Source: the human T2T-CHM13v2.0 reference genome, Homo sapiens | Assembly (NCBI RefSeq): GCF_009914755.1 | Contig: NC_060926.1 | Length of the DNA stretch: 64,000 bases | Strand: one strand, 5' to 3' | Shown here: positions 31,436 to 51,292 of the stretch, in pieces | Layout of the letters: each line of letters begins with the position of its first letter | How positions within the stretch are numbered: position 1 is the first letter of the stretch | Translations under genes and position numbers: made by a program | Notes under the pieces: model-generated | What the model saw: the letters and a program-made list of their open reading frames with translations, nothing else | Told to the model about the DNA's origin: nothing | The model's database searches: none

Positions 31436-31724
31436 GGCCTGGTGTGGTGGCCCATGCCTGTAATCCTAGCACTTTCAGAGGCCAAGGTGAGTGGATCACT
31501 TGAGCATGGGAGTTCAAGACTAGCCTGGGTAACATGGCGAAAACCTGTCTCTACAAAAGATACAAAAATTAGCCAGGTGTGGTGGTGTGCACCTGTAGTC
31601 CCTGCTACTCAGGAGGCTGAGGTGGGAGGATCACCTGAGCCTTGGAGGCAGAGGTTGCGGTGAGCTGGAATCATGCCACTGTCCTCCAGTCCAGGCAACA
31701 GAGTGAGACCCTGTCTAAAAAAAA
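31436..31724 (+). mobile_element. AluJ-like
   Basis: Sense Alu; TSD aagtttagcatag. Confidence 0.92.
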
Positions 31725-32081
31725 GTTTAGCATAGTATTTTCTGATTTTATAGATGTAGAAAATTTCTATATATATTCCTTCCAGATTCCTTGGGTATTT
31801 TTCCTATGGGTAATTAGCTGTGTGTCATTTGTTTGAAGGAGATGGGTGGGATGCAATCAACTTCCCTGGCCTGCACCAGCAGCCAGTAGCTTCTCTCCCA
31901 GGGGAACACTTTGTCCTGATTCAGGCCTCTTATGATTTGGACCAGTGGGCACAGAACATTGCCATCTGGGTCAGTAGAGCATTATTTTACCAATAAAGCA
32001 AGCTGATTTACCACTTAGGTAGTAAAGGTATTTTTTAAAAAGACAAAAGATTATGGTAAACTCTGGCTGGGTGGGAGCTAA

Positions 32082-32336
<255 letters not shown>

Positions 32337-32747
32337 TAGGGCAACAGAGTTGACCTGGGCTCTTTCCTGGTTTTTTCGTGTTTAGTTAGCCTTTGCCTGC
32401 ATGTATTAATCTCCCTGAGATATGGTTTCTTCTTGTCAAAGTACAGTAGCATAATTCTTGAAATAAATGGTTTAGTGACCACTTAAAGGTTGAAGGAAAA
32501 CATCTCTATTTGGAATTAACTAGTAAAACACTGTAAGGAGAAAAGCACATGACAAAAACCACTGGTTTGCAATTTTAGAGTATTGGCACGATTATTATCA
32601 GACAAATAGGGAGGGAGATCTACCAACTTTCCATAAACCATACGAATCCCTGTAGCACCGCTAACTTTACATGTGTTCAAAGGTTAGCGTCAACATATGG
32701 ACTGCTGCTCACTGCCAGACCTTCCTGATGTGCTGTTTCTTTTGCAG

Positions 32748-32813
32748 GTACATGTAAAGTACATTTTCCTGATCCAAACAAGCTTCATTGTTTTCAGCTA
32801 ACAGTAACCCCAG
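32748..32813 (+). CDS. UBE2F: UBE2F exon 4 (66 nt; C50-P71 [22 protein letters not shown])
   Basis: ttctttttgcag-type acceptor ending 32747, exon GTACATGT...ACCCCAG|gtaata; phase 1-1. Confidence 0.97.
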
Positions 32814-33059
32814 GTAATATTCTTACATAAGTATTAAAGTGATTTCAAACAGCGAATTATAAAGGCTGCCCAAACCTGTAATCTTTGCTTTGGTTTGTCC
32901 TCTAGCTTTTAAAAGATTAACACATTAATAACAATTTCATATGAAGATAAGATATATACTTCATAGTGAATGAAATAAAGCATATTAAAGTGAATTTGAG
33001 GCATTCAGTGTACACTCTCAATAATGATGTATAAATATAACTAAAGTTAATGACAGCTG

Positions 33060-33285
33060 AGGCAGTTGGTGTATAGTGAAGAGTGTGGGCTCTGAAGTCA
33101 TAAGTGGGTTCCAATCCTTTTCCCTTACGTAGGAATAGTGTGACCTTGGTTAAGTTGCTTAACCTTTTAGCCACAGCCTGCCTATCTACAAAGTGGGATC
33201 AAATAGGACCTATCTCATAGGACAGTTGTGGGGATTAAACAGATAGTGTGGGTAAAGCACTTAAGCCCAGGGTCTGGCACACAGA
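33060..33285 (+). mobile_element. MIR
   Basis: gtgtgaccttggttaagttgcttaacc...gtaaagcacttaagcccagggtctggcacacag. Confidence 0.85.
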
Positions 33286-34480
33286 AGCAGACAGAAGATT
33301 ACCAGCTGTCCTCAGTAAGACGGATAAGTGTCTAATCCCTAAGCTGCCCCAGCATGGCAACATATTTCTTCTTGGTCAAAGTGACAGCAAGAGGAGGACT
33401 TGTATATTTTCTAGTTACAATGCAGCTCCAAGAGCTGCAGATTCCCACACTTCACAACCCACTGGTGTTTATGTTGGACAGTGGGTGGCAACCGGTCGAT
33501 GCTGTTGTGGGGAATTAACAAGAGGGAAGGACGTTTGGTGGTGGAAATATAGGGTGTTATTTTATTTGGGGGATGGAAAGGTAGTGAGAAACTGAGAATT
33601 ATTAGTCACTAGCTAATTAAAATGTGGAAAAGAATACAGGATTTTGGTAGGTGGCAATGAACCCACAAATAAGTCCCGGCCTTGTCTCTCTGTAGGTAGG
33701 ATGGGCGTTTTCTGTGGAAGATGTTTGATAATAATAGCACAAGAAATCCTGGTTTCAAAATATCAAAATATGCTTGAAAACTTAAAAAAAATTCTATTTT
33801 ATCTATGTGATGGTTCCACAAAGGGCTCTGGAAGTATAAATCAGTCTGATACTGATTCTTCTAAGATAAGGAGAGTACTTGGGTATAGGAGTTAATACTA
33901 GAACATCATCATTATGTATATATTTTTCTTTTCTTTCTTGTTTTTTCTATTAGCTGTACTTTATGCCAAATAGAACACCATCATTAGAAAGCAGAGTGTT
34001 CCACGTGCCTGACATCTATAGATAAATGTAGTGAAGGGCTTTAAACTGTGAAATGATGAAAACTCTAACGATCCTTTGGCTGCCTTCCTAAAACACATTG
34101 CATATTGTGCTGTTTTTTACGAGAGGTATTGAGCACACTCTAATGCTTTCTTGATGACTCAAGGTCACTGCTATGGACATCATTTACTATTCTGTTAAGT
34201 AATGTAGGGTATTCTCAGAAATCATTGTAGTGATTAAGATTGGTTCTCTGTTTACTAATTTCAGACTTGTGTGTTTATAGTAAAATATTTTCTTTCATCT
34301 GCCTTTCTAGGGCATTTTCAATGGCTATCAGGGATTCTGTGGCTCTGCCCATCCCAAGCATGGGCTTTGTGGTCCTTGGCCACTCAAAGATGTTTGTTGA
34401 TTTTTCCAGGCTCTTTACTGTCATGTGATTGGGTTTCTGGCAAGTCTGGATAAATGTTTCTTCCCCGCCTCCCCTCCGTG

Positions 34481-34778
34481 TTTTTTTTTTTTTTTGAGAC
34501 CAAGTCTCACTCTGCCACCCAGGCTGGAGTGCAGTGACGCAATCTCGGGCTCACTGCAACCTTCGCCTTCCGGGTTCAAGTGATTCTCCTGCCTCAGCCT
34601 CCTGAGTAGCTGGGATTACAGGCATGCGCCACCATGCCCAGCTAATTTTTGTATTTTTAGTAGAGATGGGATTTCACTGTGTTGGCCAGGCTAGTCTCAA
34701 ACTCCTAACCTCAGGTGATCTGCCAGCCTCGGCTTCCCAAAGTGCTGGGATTACAGGTGTGAGCCACTGCGCCCAGCC
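34481..34778 (-). mobile_element. AluSx-like
   Basis: Antisense Alu body. Confidence 0.93.
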
Positions 34779-34929
34779 CCCCTTATTTTTTAACTGAAAT
34801 TTTTTACTGAATCACTTTAATGTTGTGATTATTGTATATATGACAGCATCTTTGATGTTGGTCTTAGAATTGTCCTTGAAAATGGAGCATAATTGTTACA
34901 GTTTTTGTACTCACTGTTCTATCAGATTA

Positions 34930-35249
<320 letters not shown>

Positions 35250-36119
35250 GTAACTTGTGTCTTGGTACCTGTAAATACTTAATGCCTGAATATTCATATT
35301 TTTAATAAGTGTACTTCAGGGACATTAACATTGAGCTGTGCACAGCATGCTTTTTAGATACTGTGTATATGCCCTTATTTTGTGATGTCTGTGAATTAGA
35401 AAGCTGTGGTGATGCCTGCCCTTTGATTATTAAGAGAAGTGTGGCCGAGATATGCCAACCGGAAAAACTTGCTTCATATCATGGTTTTTAAAAAAAATTT
35501 TAGAATCCTGCTCCTCTTCATATTGAAAACAAATTACAGTGATATGTCTAAGTTGTGAAGTTTTAACAATATATGAAATAAAATGATTTTGAAATGGACT
35601 CATTTGTAGCCAGTAATCCTGGAGCTAGGGCTGAAAACTCACTAATATCTATGATCTGGGGGTTAGAATGGTCAAGAGTGGAAGAATTGCGTCTGCATTT
35701 TCAGCTCACACCTCTTTATCTGGCTCCTGTTCACACTTGCTAACATTTTGATAGTTTTGTTTGCTTTTGGAGTGGTTGCTCATGCTTGGGAATAAATACA
35801 CTCTTTAGAGAAAAACATGGAAATGTAATTTGGTGATGGGGAAAAGAAAGGGACCGAATTTAGAAAAAAAGTGTCCACATCATCTCGCAAAACAAGAAAA
35901 AGTAGTAATAAGTGAAATGAAACAAAACAAAAACGTAAAAGATAGCCTGAAATATCCCGTGGAGGCTTCTGTGAAGTTAGTGGGACAGTTTGAAAAACTG
36001 GACCTGTTCAGTGAGTGGCCTGGCTGACATGTTGATGAAGGTCACCTCAGCCTGCCCTGCTGTGATGGTGGTGATGGTTTTAGGCTGAAGGGAACATGGC
36101 TTTAAGTAACAATGACAAT

Positions 36120-39420
<3,301 letters not shown>

Positions 39421-39530
39421 ATATTACATATAGAAAAAATTCTGATTAGAGACTTCTACAGCTAGATTATAAATCTTATATAGTTATGTGTGTATTCCTC
39501 TAAATTTGTTTCAGAATATATCAGTCATTA

Positions 39531-39880
<350 letters not shown>

Positions 39881-40057
39881 TTATTTTGAAATTTTAATTT
39901 ATAAAAACTCCCTGATACATGATAATAAACGTGCAGCTTACATTGAGTCATAAACGTTTAGTGGATTTATTTGCTATCCCCATCATGTTTGGTTTGTTTC
40001 AGAGCTTTGGAGCTTTAGGAGGAGAAGTTTCTGAATGTGTAATAAAGGAATATCCCA

Positions 40058-40961
<904 letters not shown>

Positions 40962-42591
40962 TAGTTATGGACATGTAAGGAAGATAAGGAAATGGAGCAG
41001 AGCACCAGAGTAGACCTATTACCTTGACCAACATCCTGACCATGTAGTAGTTTACATGTAGTTTATTGTTAATATGTAAAGGTTTCAGACACATAAAATT
41101 TATACTCTCATCCCTGTTTCTTTCTAGCTTGATTTTTAATTTTAGTATGGAGATAAACATTATAAGGGGGATAAATTTGAAGAAGCACAGTTTTTTTTTT
41201 TGGTGGAATCTTTTCTTTCAAATAATCTTAAAAATACAGATGCCAATTTTCTTGCGATGTAGAATAGAAATGTGATGTTAGCTCTTAAAATGTCAGTTAT
41301 CTGCCAAAGCATTCTCTTAACTTTCATCAGGAAAACATTGACTGCTCTCTCCTTGCTCCTTCCAAGAATTTGGCTGGTGTGATGCTTCTTTGCTTACTGT
41401 GCCTACTGAGTAGGCCACCCCATCATCTGATACAGAGACACCTGATCTGTTCTCACATTGGTCTGTCCCCTGCCTTAAATGTAACTCCAAGTCAGATTCT
41501 CTCGTGGGATGCTCAGGCTTCCTGAAGTGAGTATGACATGAATTGTTTTAAAAACCATTCATTTCCATGGGCAAAAACAGATTCTGGTGGTCTCCAGTAA
41601 AAATGTATATAGTGCGTATAAAATCTCCAAAACTGACATAGTATTTAAATCTTAAGTTTTTTGGCATTTAAAAAATTACCACCACTCTTTAAGTTTCCCG
41701 TTCCACCTGATGGTGTCTTTTATGTGGCACAGGCTTTTTATCTTTTTTAAGAATCATGTTTAGTGGGCTATAATTTACATACAGTAAGTTTGCCATTCTT
41801 AGGTAGACAGCTCTCTGCCTTTTGACAGGCCTACGCACTCACATAACCACCACTGCAATCTTGAGGAAGTTTCCATCACCTCAAAAAGTTGCCTCGATCT
41901 GCTTTGTAGATCCCCTCTCCATCCCCAGCCCCTGGCAATCATCGACCTGATTTCTTTCCCTGTAGTTTTCCCTTTACTAGGATATTATTTAAATGAACCC
42001 AAACAATATGCAACATTTTGTATGTGGCTTCTCCCACTTAGTGTAATGCTTTTGACATTCATCCATGTTGTTGTGTTTATTGTTATTTCAGTTGTATGGG
42101 TGTACCACAGTTTGATTATCCATTCATCAAATGGTAGACATTTGAGTTGCTCTCAGTTTTCTTAAATTATAAGAAACTACAAAATTGTTCTTTCCAAGTA
42201 GCTGCACTATTTTGCATTCCCACCAGCACTGTATGAGAATTCTAGTTGCTCTGTATTTTCACCAGCATTTAGTTGAAAAAACTTTACTCATGGTAGTGGT
42301 TACATGGTGGTATTTAATTGTGGTATTAATTTGCATTTTCTTAATGACTGTCTCTTTTTTGGAGATGCGTCTGCTCAACTGTTGTGCTCATTTAAAAAAA
42401 AATAAGGTTTTTTTTTCTTATTGTGGGATTTTAAGAGTTCTTTACCATAGATACGTCTTTTATCAGATGTGTTTTATAAATGTTTTTTCCTAGTCTATGG
42501 CTCGTCTTTATTTCCTTAAAGACCTTTTAAAGACCATGTATTTTAAATTCATTTGGGGATATCCAACTTATGATTGTTTTCTTTGTGGTAA

Positions 42592-43125
42592 TGTGGTTGG
42601 CAGAATAATGGCCCTAAAAGATGTCTGTGTCTTAATTCCTGGAACCTGTTGAATGTGTTATGTTTCATGGCAAAAGGGAATTAGAGTTGCAGATAAATTA
42701 AGATTGCTAGTCATCTGATCTTAAGGGAGGGAGATTGTCCTGGAGTTTCTAGGTGGACCCAGTGTAATTACAGGGATCCTTAAAGTGGAAAGGGAGAGAG
42801 AAGCAGTTAGAGCCAGAGAAGGTGATGTGACAATGGAAGCAGGAAGCAGGTGAGGCACTGGCAGAAAGACTCACCTGCCACTGCTCCCTCTGGAGATGGA
42901 GGAAGGGCCCATGAGCCCTGGATGCTGGCAGCTTCTGACCGCTGATAGTGCAAAGAGACAGCCTTTTCTGGGGCATCCAGAAAGGAGTGCCCTCTTGCCA
43001 ACTTCATGATCTTAGCCTAGTGAGACCCATTTTGGTCTTCTGGCCTCCAGAAGATAATAAATTTGTATTGTTCAAGGCACAGAGTTTGTGGAAATTTATT
43101 ATAGCAGCAATGCAAAACTAGTAAG
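42592..43125 (+). mobile_element. ERVL-MaLR LTR (MLT1D/E-like)
   Basis: tgtggttggcagaataatggccc...aataaatttgtattgttcaaggcacagagtttgtggaaatttattatagcagcaat. Confidence 0.85.
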
Positions 43126-44010
43126 AATAGTTTGTGTTTTTTGTGTCCTAAGAAATCTTTGTCTAAGAAATACAAAGATTTTCTCTTATTTTTAAAATTA
43201 TTTTATTTTTTTGAGACAGGGTCTCGCTCTGTTGCCCCAGCTGGAATGCAGTGTCACGATCATGGCTCACTGTAACCTCCACCTCCTGGGCTCAAGTTAT
43301 CCTTCCGCCTCAGCCTCCTGAGGTAGCTGGGACCACAGGAACATGCTACCACACCTGGCTGATTTTTGTATTTTTTGTAGAGACAGGGTTTCACCATGTT
43401 GCACAAGCTAGTCTTGACTCTTGGGCTCAAGTGATCAGCCAACTTTGGCCTCCCAAAGTACTGGGATTACAGGCAGGAGCCACCATGCCCGGCCTTATTT
43501 TTTTAAAAGCAGAAGTTTTATAGCTCTAGGTTTTACAGTTAGGTCTGTGATCCAGTTTGAGTTAATTTTCACATATTATACAAGAGAAGAGTGTAGTTTT
43601 CTGGTTTTTTTTTTTTCTATCTCTTTTTTGCATTGTCCATTTCTAGCACCATTTGTTGAAGAGGGTTTTCCCATTGACTTACCTTGGCACCTTTGTTGAC
43701 ATTACATGACTATATGTGTGTGGGTGTGCTTCTGGACTCTGTTCCATTCCATTGTTCTGCACGTCTACACTTGTACAAATACTACTGCTTGATTATTATG
43801 GCTTTATAGTAAGTCTTGAAATCCCATCATGTGACCTCTGACTCCTTCAACATTTTTCTACTTTTTGGTAGAAAATTATTTTGGTGATTTTTGTTCCTTT
43901 ACTTTTCCACATACACTTTAGAATCAGCCTGTGAAATTCGGCAAAAAACTTGCTGAGATTTTGATTAGGACTGCATTGACTCTAATGTAAATCAATTTGG
44001 GGAGAATTGC

Positions 44011-44411
44011 TGTGTTTGTTTATTTGCATTGCTATAAAGAAATACCTGAGGCCAGGTAATTTGTGAAGAAGAGGCTAATTTTGGCTTATGGTTCTGCAGG
44101 CTGTGTAGGAAGCACGGTGCTGGCATCTGCCTCTAGTGAGGGCATCAGGAAGCTAATAATCCTAGCGGAAGGCAAAGTGGAGCCGGCATATCACATGGTG
44201 AGAGAGGGAGCAAAAGAGATGCAGACTCTTTTAAACAACCAACTCTTGCATGAACTAACAGTAAAAACTCACTAATTACCATGGCACTAAGCCATTCATA
44301 AGGGATCTTCTCCATCACCCAGACACCTCCCACCAGACCCCACCTCAAACAAACAATGGGCATCACATTTCAACATGAGATTTGGAGGGGACACACGTCC
44401 AAACCATATCA
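44011..44411 (-). mobile_element. ERVL-MaLR LTR (MSTB-like)
   Basis: gcattgctataaagaaatacctgaggccaggtaattt...gagatttggaggggacacacgtccaaaccatatca; TSD attgc/attgt. Confidence 0.88.
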
Positions 44412-44583
44412 ATTGTCATCTTAATTATCACATCTTCTAATCCATGAACATGGTTTATATCTCCATTTCAGTTTTCTGTTGCTAGTACATAAAAATACAG
44501 CTGATTTTTGTATAGTGACCTTGTGTCCTACAACCTTGATAAACCTGCTTTTCATTGTAGTAGTTGTATTGTGGATTCTGTAG

Positions 44584-44991
<408 letters not shown>

Positions 44992-45961
44992 TGATCCGCC
45001 TGCCTCTGCCTCCCAAAGTGCTGGGATTACAGGCGTGAGCCACTGCACCCAGCTGGCTTGTTTCTAATCTTAGGGGGTTGCTGTCAGTCTTTCATCATTA
45101 CGTGTATGGTTTGTTGTAGGGTTTTTGTCTGTTTTTTCGAGACAGAGTCTTGCTCTATCGCCAAGGCTGGAGTGCAGTGGTGTGATCTCAGCTCACTGCA
45201 TTCTCTGCCTCCCGGGTTCAGGCGATTCATGTGCCTCAGCTTCCTAATTAGCTGGGACTACAGGTGCCCACCACCATGCCCAGCTAATTTTTATATTTTT
45301 AGTAGATATGGCATTTCACCATATTGGCCAGGCTGGTCTCGAACTCCTGACCTCAGGTAATCTGCCCACCTTGGTCTCCCAAAGTGCTGGGATTACAGGC
45401 GTGAGCCACTGAGTCCGGCCTTGCTATAGGGTTTTTGCAGATGCCCTTTATCAGGTTGAGAAGTTCTTTTCTACTTCTTGTTTGCATATATACATATATA
45501 TGTATATGTATGTATGTATTTTTTTTTAATCATGAATGGATGCTTTTTTCCTCCCAAACCAAAAATGGCCAATAATGAATGGATGCTTAATTTGCCAAAT
45601 GCTTTTTCTGCATCTACTGAGGTGATCATAACGGTTTTTCTGTTTTGGTCTGTTGATAAGGTAAATTACATTGATAGATTATTTTTCAAATGTTGAACCA
45701 AAGCTGCATTTGTGAGATAAACCATAATTCATCATGTATTATGTGTTAATGGTTTCATATATTGCTCAGTTTGATATATTAGTATTTTGTTAAGAATTTT
45801 TACAAATCCTTACCTGTCTGTGAGGGATATTTGTAGTTTTTTTTGTAATGAGTTGCCTAATTTTGGTGTCAAGGTAATGCATTCTGGTCTTTGAATGCAT
45901 TTGGGGAGTGTCCTATTCTCTGGAAGAGTTTGTGTAAAATTAGTATTAATTAGTTAATTGA

Positions 45962-46137
<176 letters not shown>

Positions 46138-48151
46138 TAATTATTTTTTGTAGAGACGGGGGTCTCACTATGTTGCCCAGGCTGGTCTCGAACCCTTGGG
46201 CTCAAGTGATCCTCCCAAAGTGCTGAGATTACAGGTGTGAGCCACTGTGCCTGGCCTATTAATTCTTTATTCAGTGGTAGAATTCACCTGTGAAGCCACC
46301 TGTCTCTGGAATTTTGTTTTGTTGTGGTAAGATTTTAAGTATAAACACAATTTCTAATAGATATAGGGCTGCCTAGGTTATTCTTGAGTGGGCTTCACTA
46401 ATTTGTGTCCTTCAAGGGATTTGCTCATATCATCTGCATTTTTCAATTTATTGATATAATGTTCTTAGTATCATCTTATCCTATCCTTTTAAGTTCTGTA
46501 GAGTTTGTGTTGTATCTCCTCTTTAATTACTGATGTTGTAATTTTTGTCTTTTTCTCTTGATCAGGTTAATGAGAAGATTGTCAATTTTTTGACCTTTGC
46601 AAAGAACCTACTTTTAGGTTCATTGATTTTGCCCTGTTGTTTTTTGAATTTTGTTCATGTCTTTGTTATTTCCCTCCTCTTTATTTCCAGTTTAATTTGC
46701 TCTTCTTTTTCTGATGTTTAAGATGGAAGCTTAGACAAACAGTAGTATGTTTCCATTTCCCAGCTCAACCTTTATATTATAGTTCTCATTTGTTTTACTT
46801 TTACATATGTTGTAACCCAGAATATATTATCTGTGCTTTACAGTCTGTTTTTAAAATATATGTCTCCACATACTTAACATTTATGACCCTCATTCCCTTT
46901 TGTAGATCTAGATTTCTCCTCTCTGTTATTTTCCTTCTGCCTAAAGAACATCCTTGAAGATTTTTTTGTAGTGCAGATTTGCTTGTGATGAATTCTGTCA
47001 AGTGTTGCTGAAGTTTGAATTCTTAAGTTGACAGTTTCAGCATTTTAAGGATATCATTCTACTGCCTTCTGTATTTTTTCCTTAGAAGTTAGTGGTGATT
47101 CTTTGTTCCACTTTATGCGATGTGCATTTTATTCTCTGGCTGCTTTTAAGATTTTCTCCTTATCACTGCTTTCAGCAGTTTGATTATAATGTGCTTTGAA
47201 GTGGTTTTTTCTTTTTATCACACTTGGGGTTTATTAAGCTTTTTGGATCTGTGAGTTATAGTTTTCATCCAATTTAGAAATAATTTGGCCAACATTTCTT
47301 TAAATATTTTTCTGTGATCGTTTTCTGGCACTCTAGTTTATATATCTATATCATATATGTCTTACATATAGATTACTTCTACGTGTAAATTATACCTCCA
47401 TTGGGTCGCAGGTCTTTGTTCACTTTTCTTTCTGTGCCTCATTTTGGACAGTTTGTTTTTCTGCAATGTCTCATTTGCTGTTAAGCGCATCCAGTGAATT
47501 TTTCATTTCAGATACTGTATTTTCTAGCTGTTGACGTTCCATTTGGTGCTTTCCCCGTAACCGTCCATTTCTTTCCTCATTATGTTCATGTTTTCCTCTA
47601 AGTCTCAGCATCTCTATACAATAGCTGTCATTGTGCCTTTGTCTGCAGCCCTGCATCCCAGAGTCCTGGCCACTCCCTGGTGCCCATGTCTGTGCTGCCT
47701 CCTGCCTCCGCTCACACTCACTTCCTCTTCTCCACCATCTGTCTCTGTCTCTTCTCTTTCAACAGTCTGATCTGAGATGGATCAGAGCCTTTTAAGTTTA
47801 AAGTTTGCATAGGATGTCACTTCCAGGGTGCTGTAAATATTGACATTTAAAAATGAAAGTCTTATATTACTCTTTGAAATGTTTCCAGTGTAGAATATAA
47901 ATACCACAGATATGCCCACCACCACAGATACTCCCATCATCACAGTTTTTTGTTTTTTTGTTTTTTTGTTTATTTTGATGTGAATAAGCTCTACTTCACT
48001 GGCTGGAAAACCTTTGCTAGTTTTTCTCCTGGCACTCATGTTTTCATTCCACTTGTTCCCTTGAATTGCACCCTAATGTAAACATTTTTATGCTTTTAAG
48101 TATTTTATTTGTCATTTTTTTATACTCTTCTGTAACTAGATATACAGGTAG

Positions 48152-48469
<318 letters not shown>

Positions 48470-48689
48470 AGAGCTCACTATTTGAAAAGTTCCTATAACT
48501 GTAAGACTCTTAGGTGTTAAACATTTGCTTTTGAACGATTGTTGCAGTTGTTATTTGTACAGGCTCCTGCTTCTGGTTTTTCCTCCTTTGTCTCTGGCTG
48601 CCTGTCCTCTGCCTCATCTTCCAGCCCCTCAAAGTGGGGGAACCTCAAGGCTTCACCCTGTCTTTGGACCTGTATAGTCAGTTCCCTGG

Positions 48690-49583
48690 TGTCCTGGCTA
48701 TCTTGTGACATCAGAATGCTTTACCCTGAATGGCTCCCAAACTGCCCTCTCTATCCAACCTCTCCCAGTACTCAAGAATGATCTGTCAGCTGCCCACTCA
48801 ACACCTCCACTGGGATGCCAACTTGAAATCTCAAGTTAATGTGTCTGATTTGAACTTCACACAGTTGTGCCATCTGCAGTCCTTTTATCTTCATGGTAGC
48901 AACTCTGCCATTTCCATTGCAAGGTCAAAGATCTTCTTTGACTCCTTCTCTCCTCCCTCCGTGCCTAATCTGTCAGCAAATTCTGGTGTTGCTGCCTTCA
49001 AAATCTGTCTACTTCACCTGCTCCCACCCTGATCCTAACCATTACCATCTCTCACCTGGATGATTACAACAGATAACCACAACTGGGCTCCTGCTCTGCG
49101 ATCCATTTATATGCTCCTGTCCCTCCCCTACTCAGACCCCTTTCATGGCCGCATCTCACTCTGAATCAGAGCCAGCTACATGCAGGGGCCTGCAGGGCCC
49201 AACACCCTTTGCATCTGCTCCCTCTTTGGGCTCAGGTCCTCTTCCTCCACCTCACTCTCTGACCACATTGGCTTCTGCAGGGTTCACGGAACATACTAGG
49301 CCTCTTACCGTACCCACCCTGTTTCATCTGCCTGGAGTGTCCTTCACCCCAGTACCCTCCTCCTTCAATTCATCATTTTCTCTGACCTCCCTGCTTAAAA
49401 CTGCAGCCTCTTCCCACTTTCTACTCCTTCTATTATATAATTTATGTATTTTCTCTCCCTTCCACTAGAATATACGCTTCATAAGGGCGGGAATTATCTC
49501 TTGTTGATGTGTCACCAGGGCCTAGAACTGTGTGTGGCACATGGTGGGCACTCATCAACTATTTGTGTAATGAATAATGAATT
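48690..49583 (+). mobile_element. L2 3' region
   Basis: Ends gcctagaactgtgtgtggcacatggtgggcactcatcaactatttgtgtaatgaataatgaat (L2 3' terminus). Confidence 0.75.
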
Positions 49584-49786
49584 TAAGCAAATTTTGATGA
49601 TAATTAAACATTTCACTTGCAGTGTATCTCTGAAAATGATGGGGTTACTATTAGCATTTTCCCTGATTAAATTGATGCATTTGTGAATGAATATTATTTT
49701 ATGCTAGAAACAAAGGTCTGATACCAGTTTTCTTCCATTATTTTGTCTTTATAGATATAAACACTCAGGACTGCTTGTTCACATAA

Positions 49787-50200
<414 letters not shown>

Positions 50201-50992
50201 TGATTTTTCCACTGACTGTTAGATTAGATTCCTTCTTCCATTTTGTTGAAAGTAGAGAATTGGAAGCCACCTGACTTGGAGAAGGCTTTGTCACTCAGTC
50301 ATTGGAGTCCTTTGCTTCAGTTTCTGAAGTGTCCACCAGAATCACTTTACCAATCCCTGTCAGCTGCAGGGACATCAAATGCTTTTCTACCCTGAATAGT
50401 TACATCTGTCACTCCTCACTTCAGAGCAGCTTTGCAGGCTTTTGCTGGAAATGCTGAGGAAGAGTTGAGAGAAACAGCAGTATTATTAATTTCCACATGC
50501 TAATATGTATACCAATGTAGTATTTTTAAAAATCTTATTACATTCTTCCTATTTTCACCCAAAGCTTGGAGCTCCAGATTCAGCCCATTCAGTTTATCAA
50601 AACTATCTGCCATATACATTAATTGTCAAACTAGTCTGCGAAATCACTCTTTCCCTCAGGCAAAAGTCTTACTTCATTTTCATTCTAACAATATGCCTCT
50701 GACAGCCATCTCACTCTGAGCTCCTGGAGGTTCCTAGTTAGATAGGTGAGACGTGGAACCGGTGCCCTAGGTGGAGGAAGGCACCATGGCTGTTGTTTCT
50801 TGGCATCCTCTTTTGTTGGCTCTCAAAGGGGTAATGCCTGCTTTTACAGTGGTCTAGGGTTTGAAGTTACTAAATGAAGTTTTCATCATCCCTGCCATCA
50901 GACTCCACAGTGTCTGAACCCAAGACACTCCAGCGTGAACCAGGACATACTATTTATAATACCATGCTTTGTCCTTTACAGAAATGGGTATA

Positions 50993-51292
50993 GGCCAGGT
51001 GTGGTGGCTCATGCCTGTAATCCCAGCACTTTGGGGAGGCCAAGATGGGCAGATCGCTTGTGGTCAGGAGTTTGAGACCAGCGTGGGCAGCATGGTGAGA
51101 CCCCATCTCTACAAAAAAACTAGCTGGGCGTGGTGGCACACACCTGTAGTCCCAGCTACTTGGGTGGTTGAGGTGGGAGGATCACCTGAGCCCTGGAGTT
51201 CGAGGCTGCAGTGAGCTGTGCACCCCAGCCTGAGCAATTGAATGAGACTCTGTCTCAAAAATAAATAAATAATTTAAAAAAAGAAAGAAAGA
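50993..51292 (+). mobile_element. AluJ
   Basis: Sense Alu with A-rich tail; TSD agaaatgg. Confidence 0.92.
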
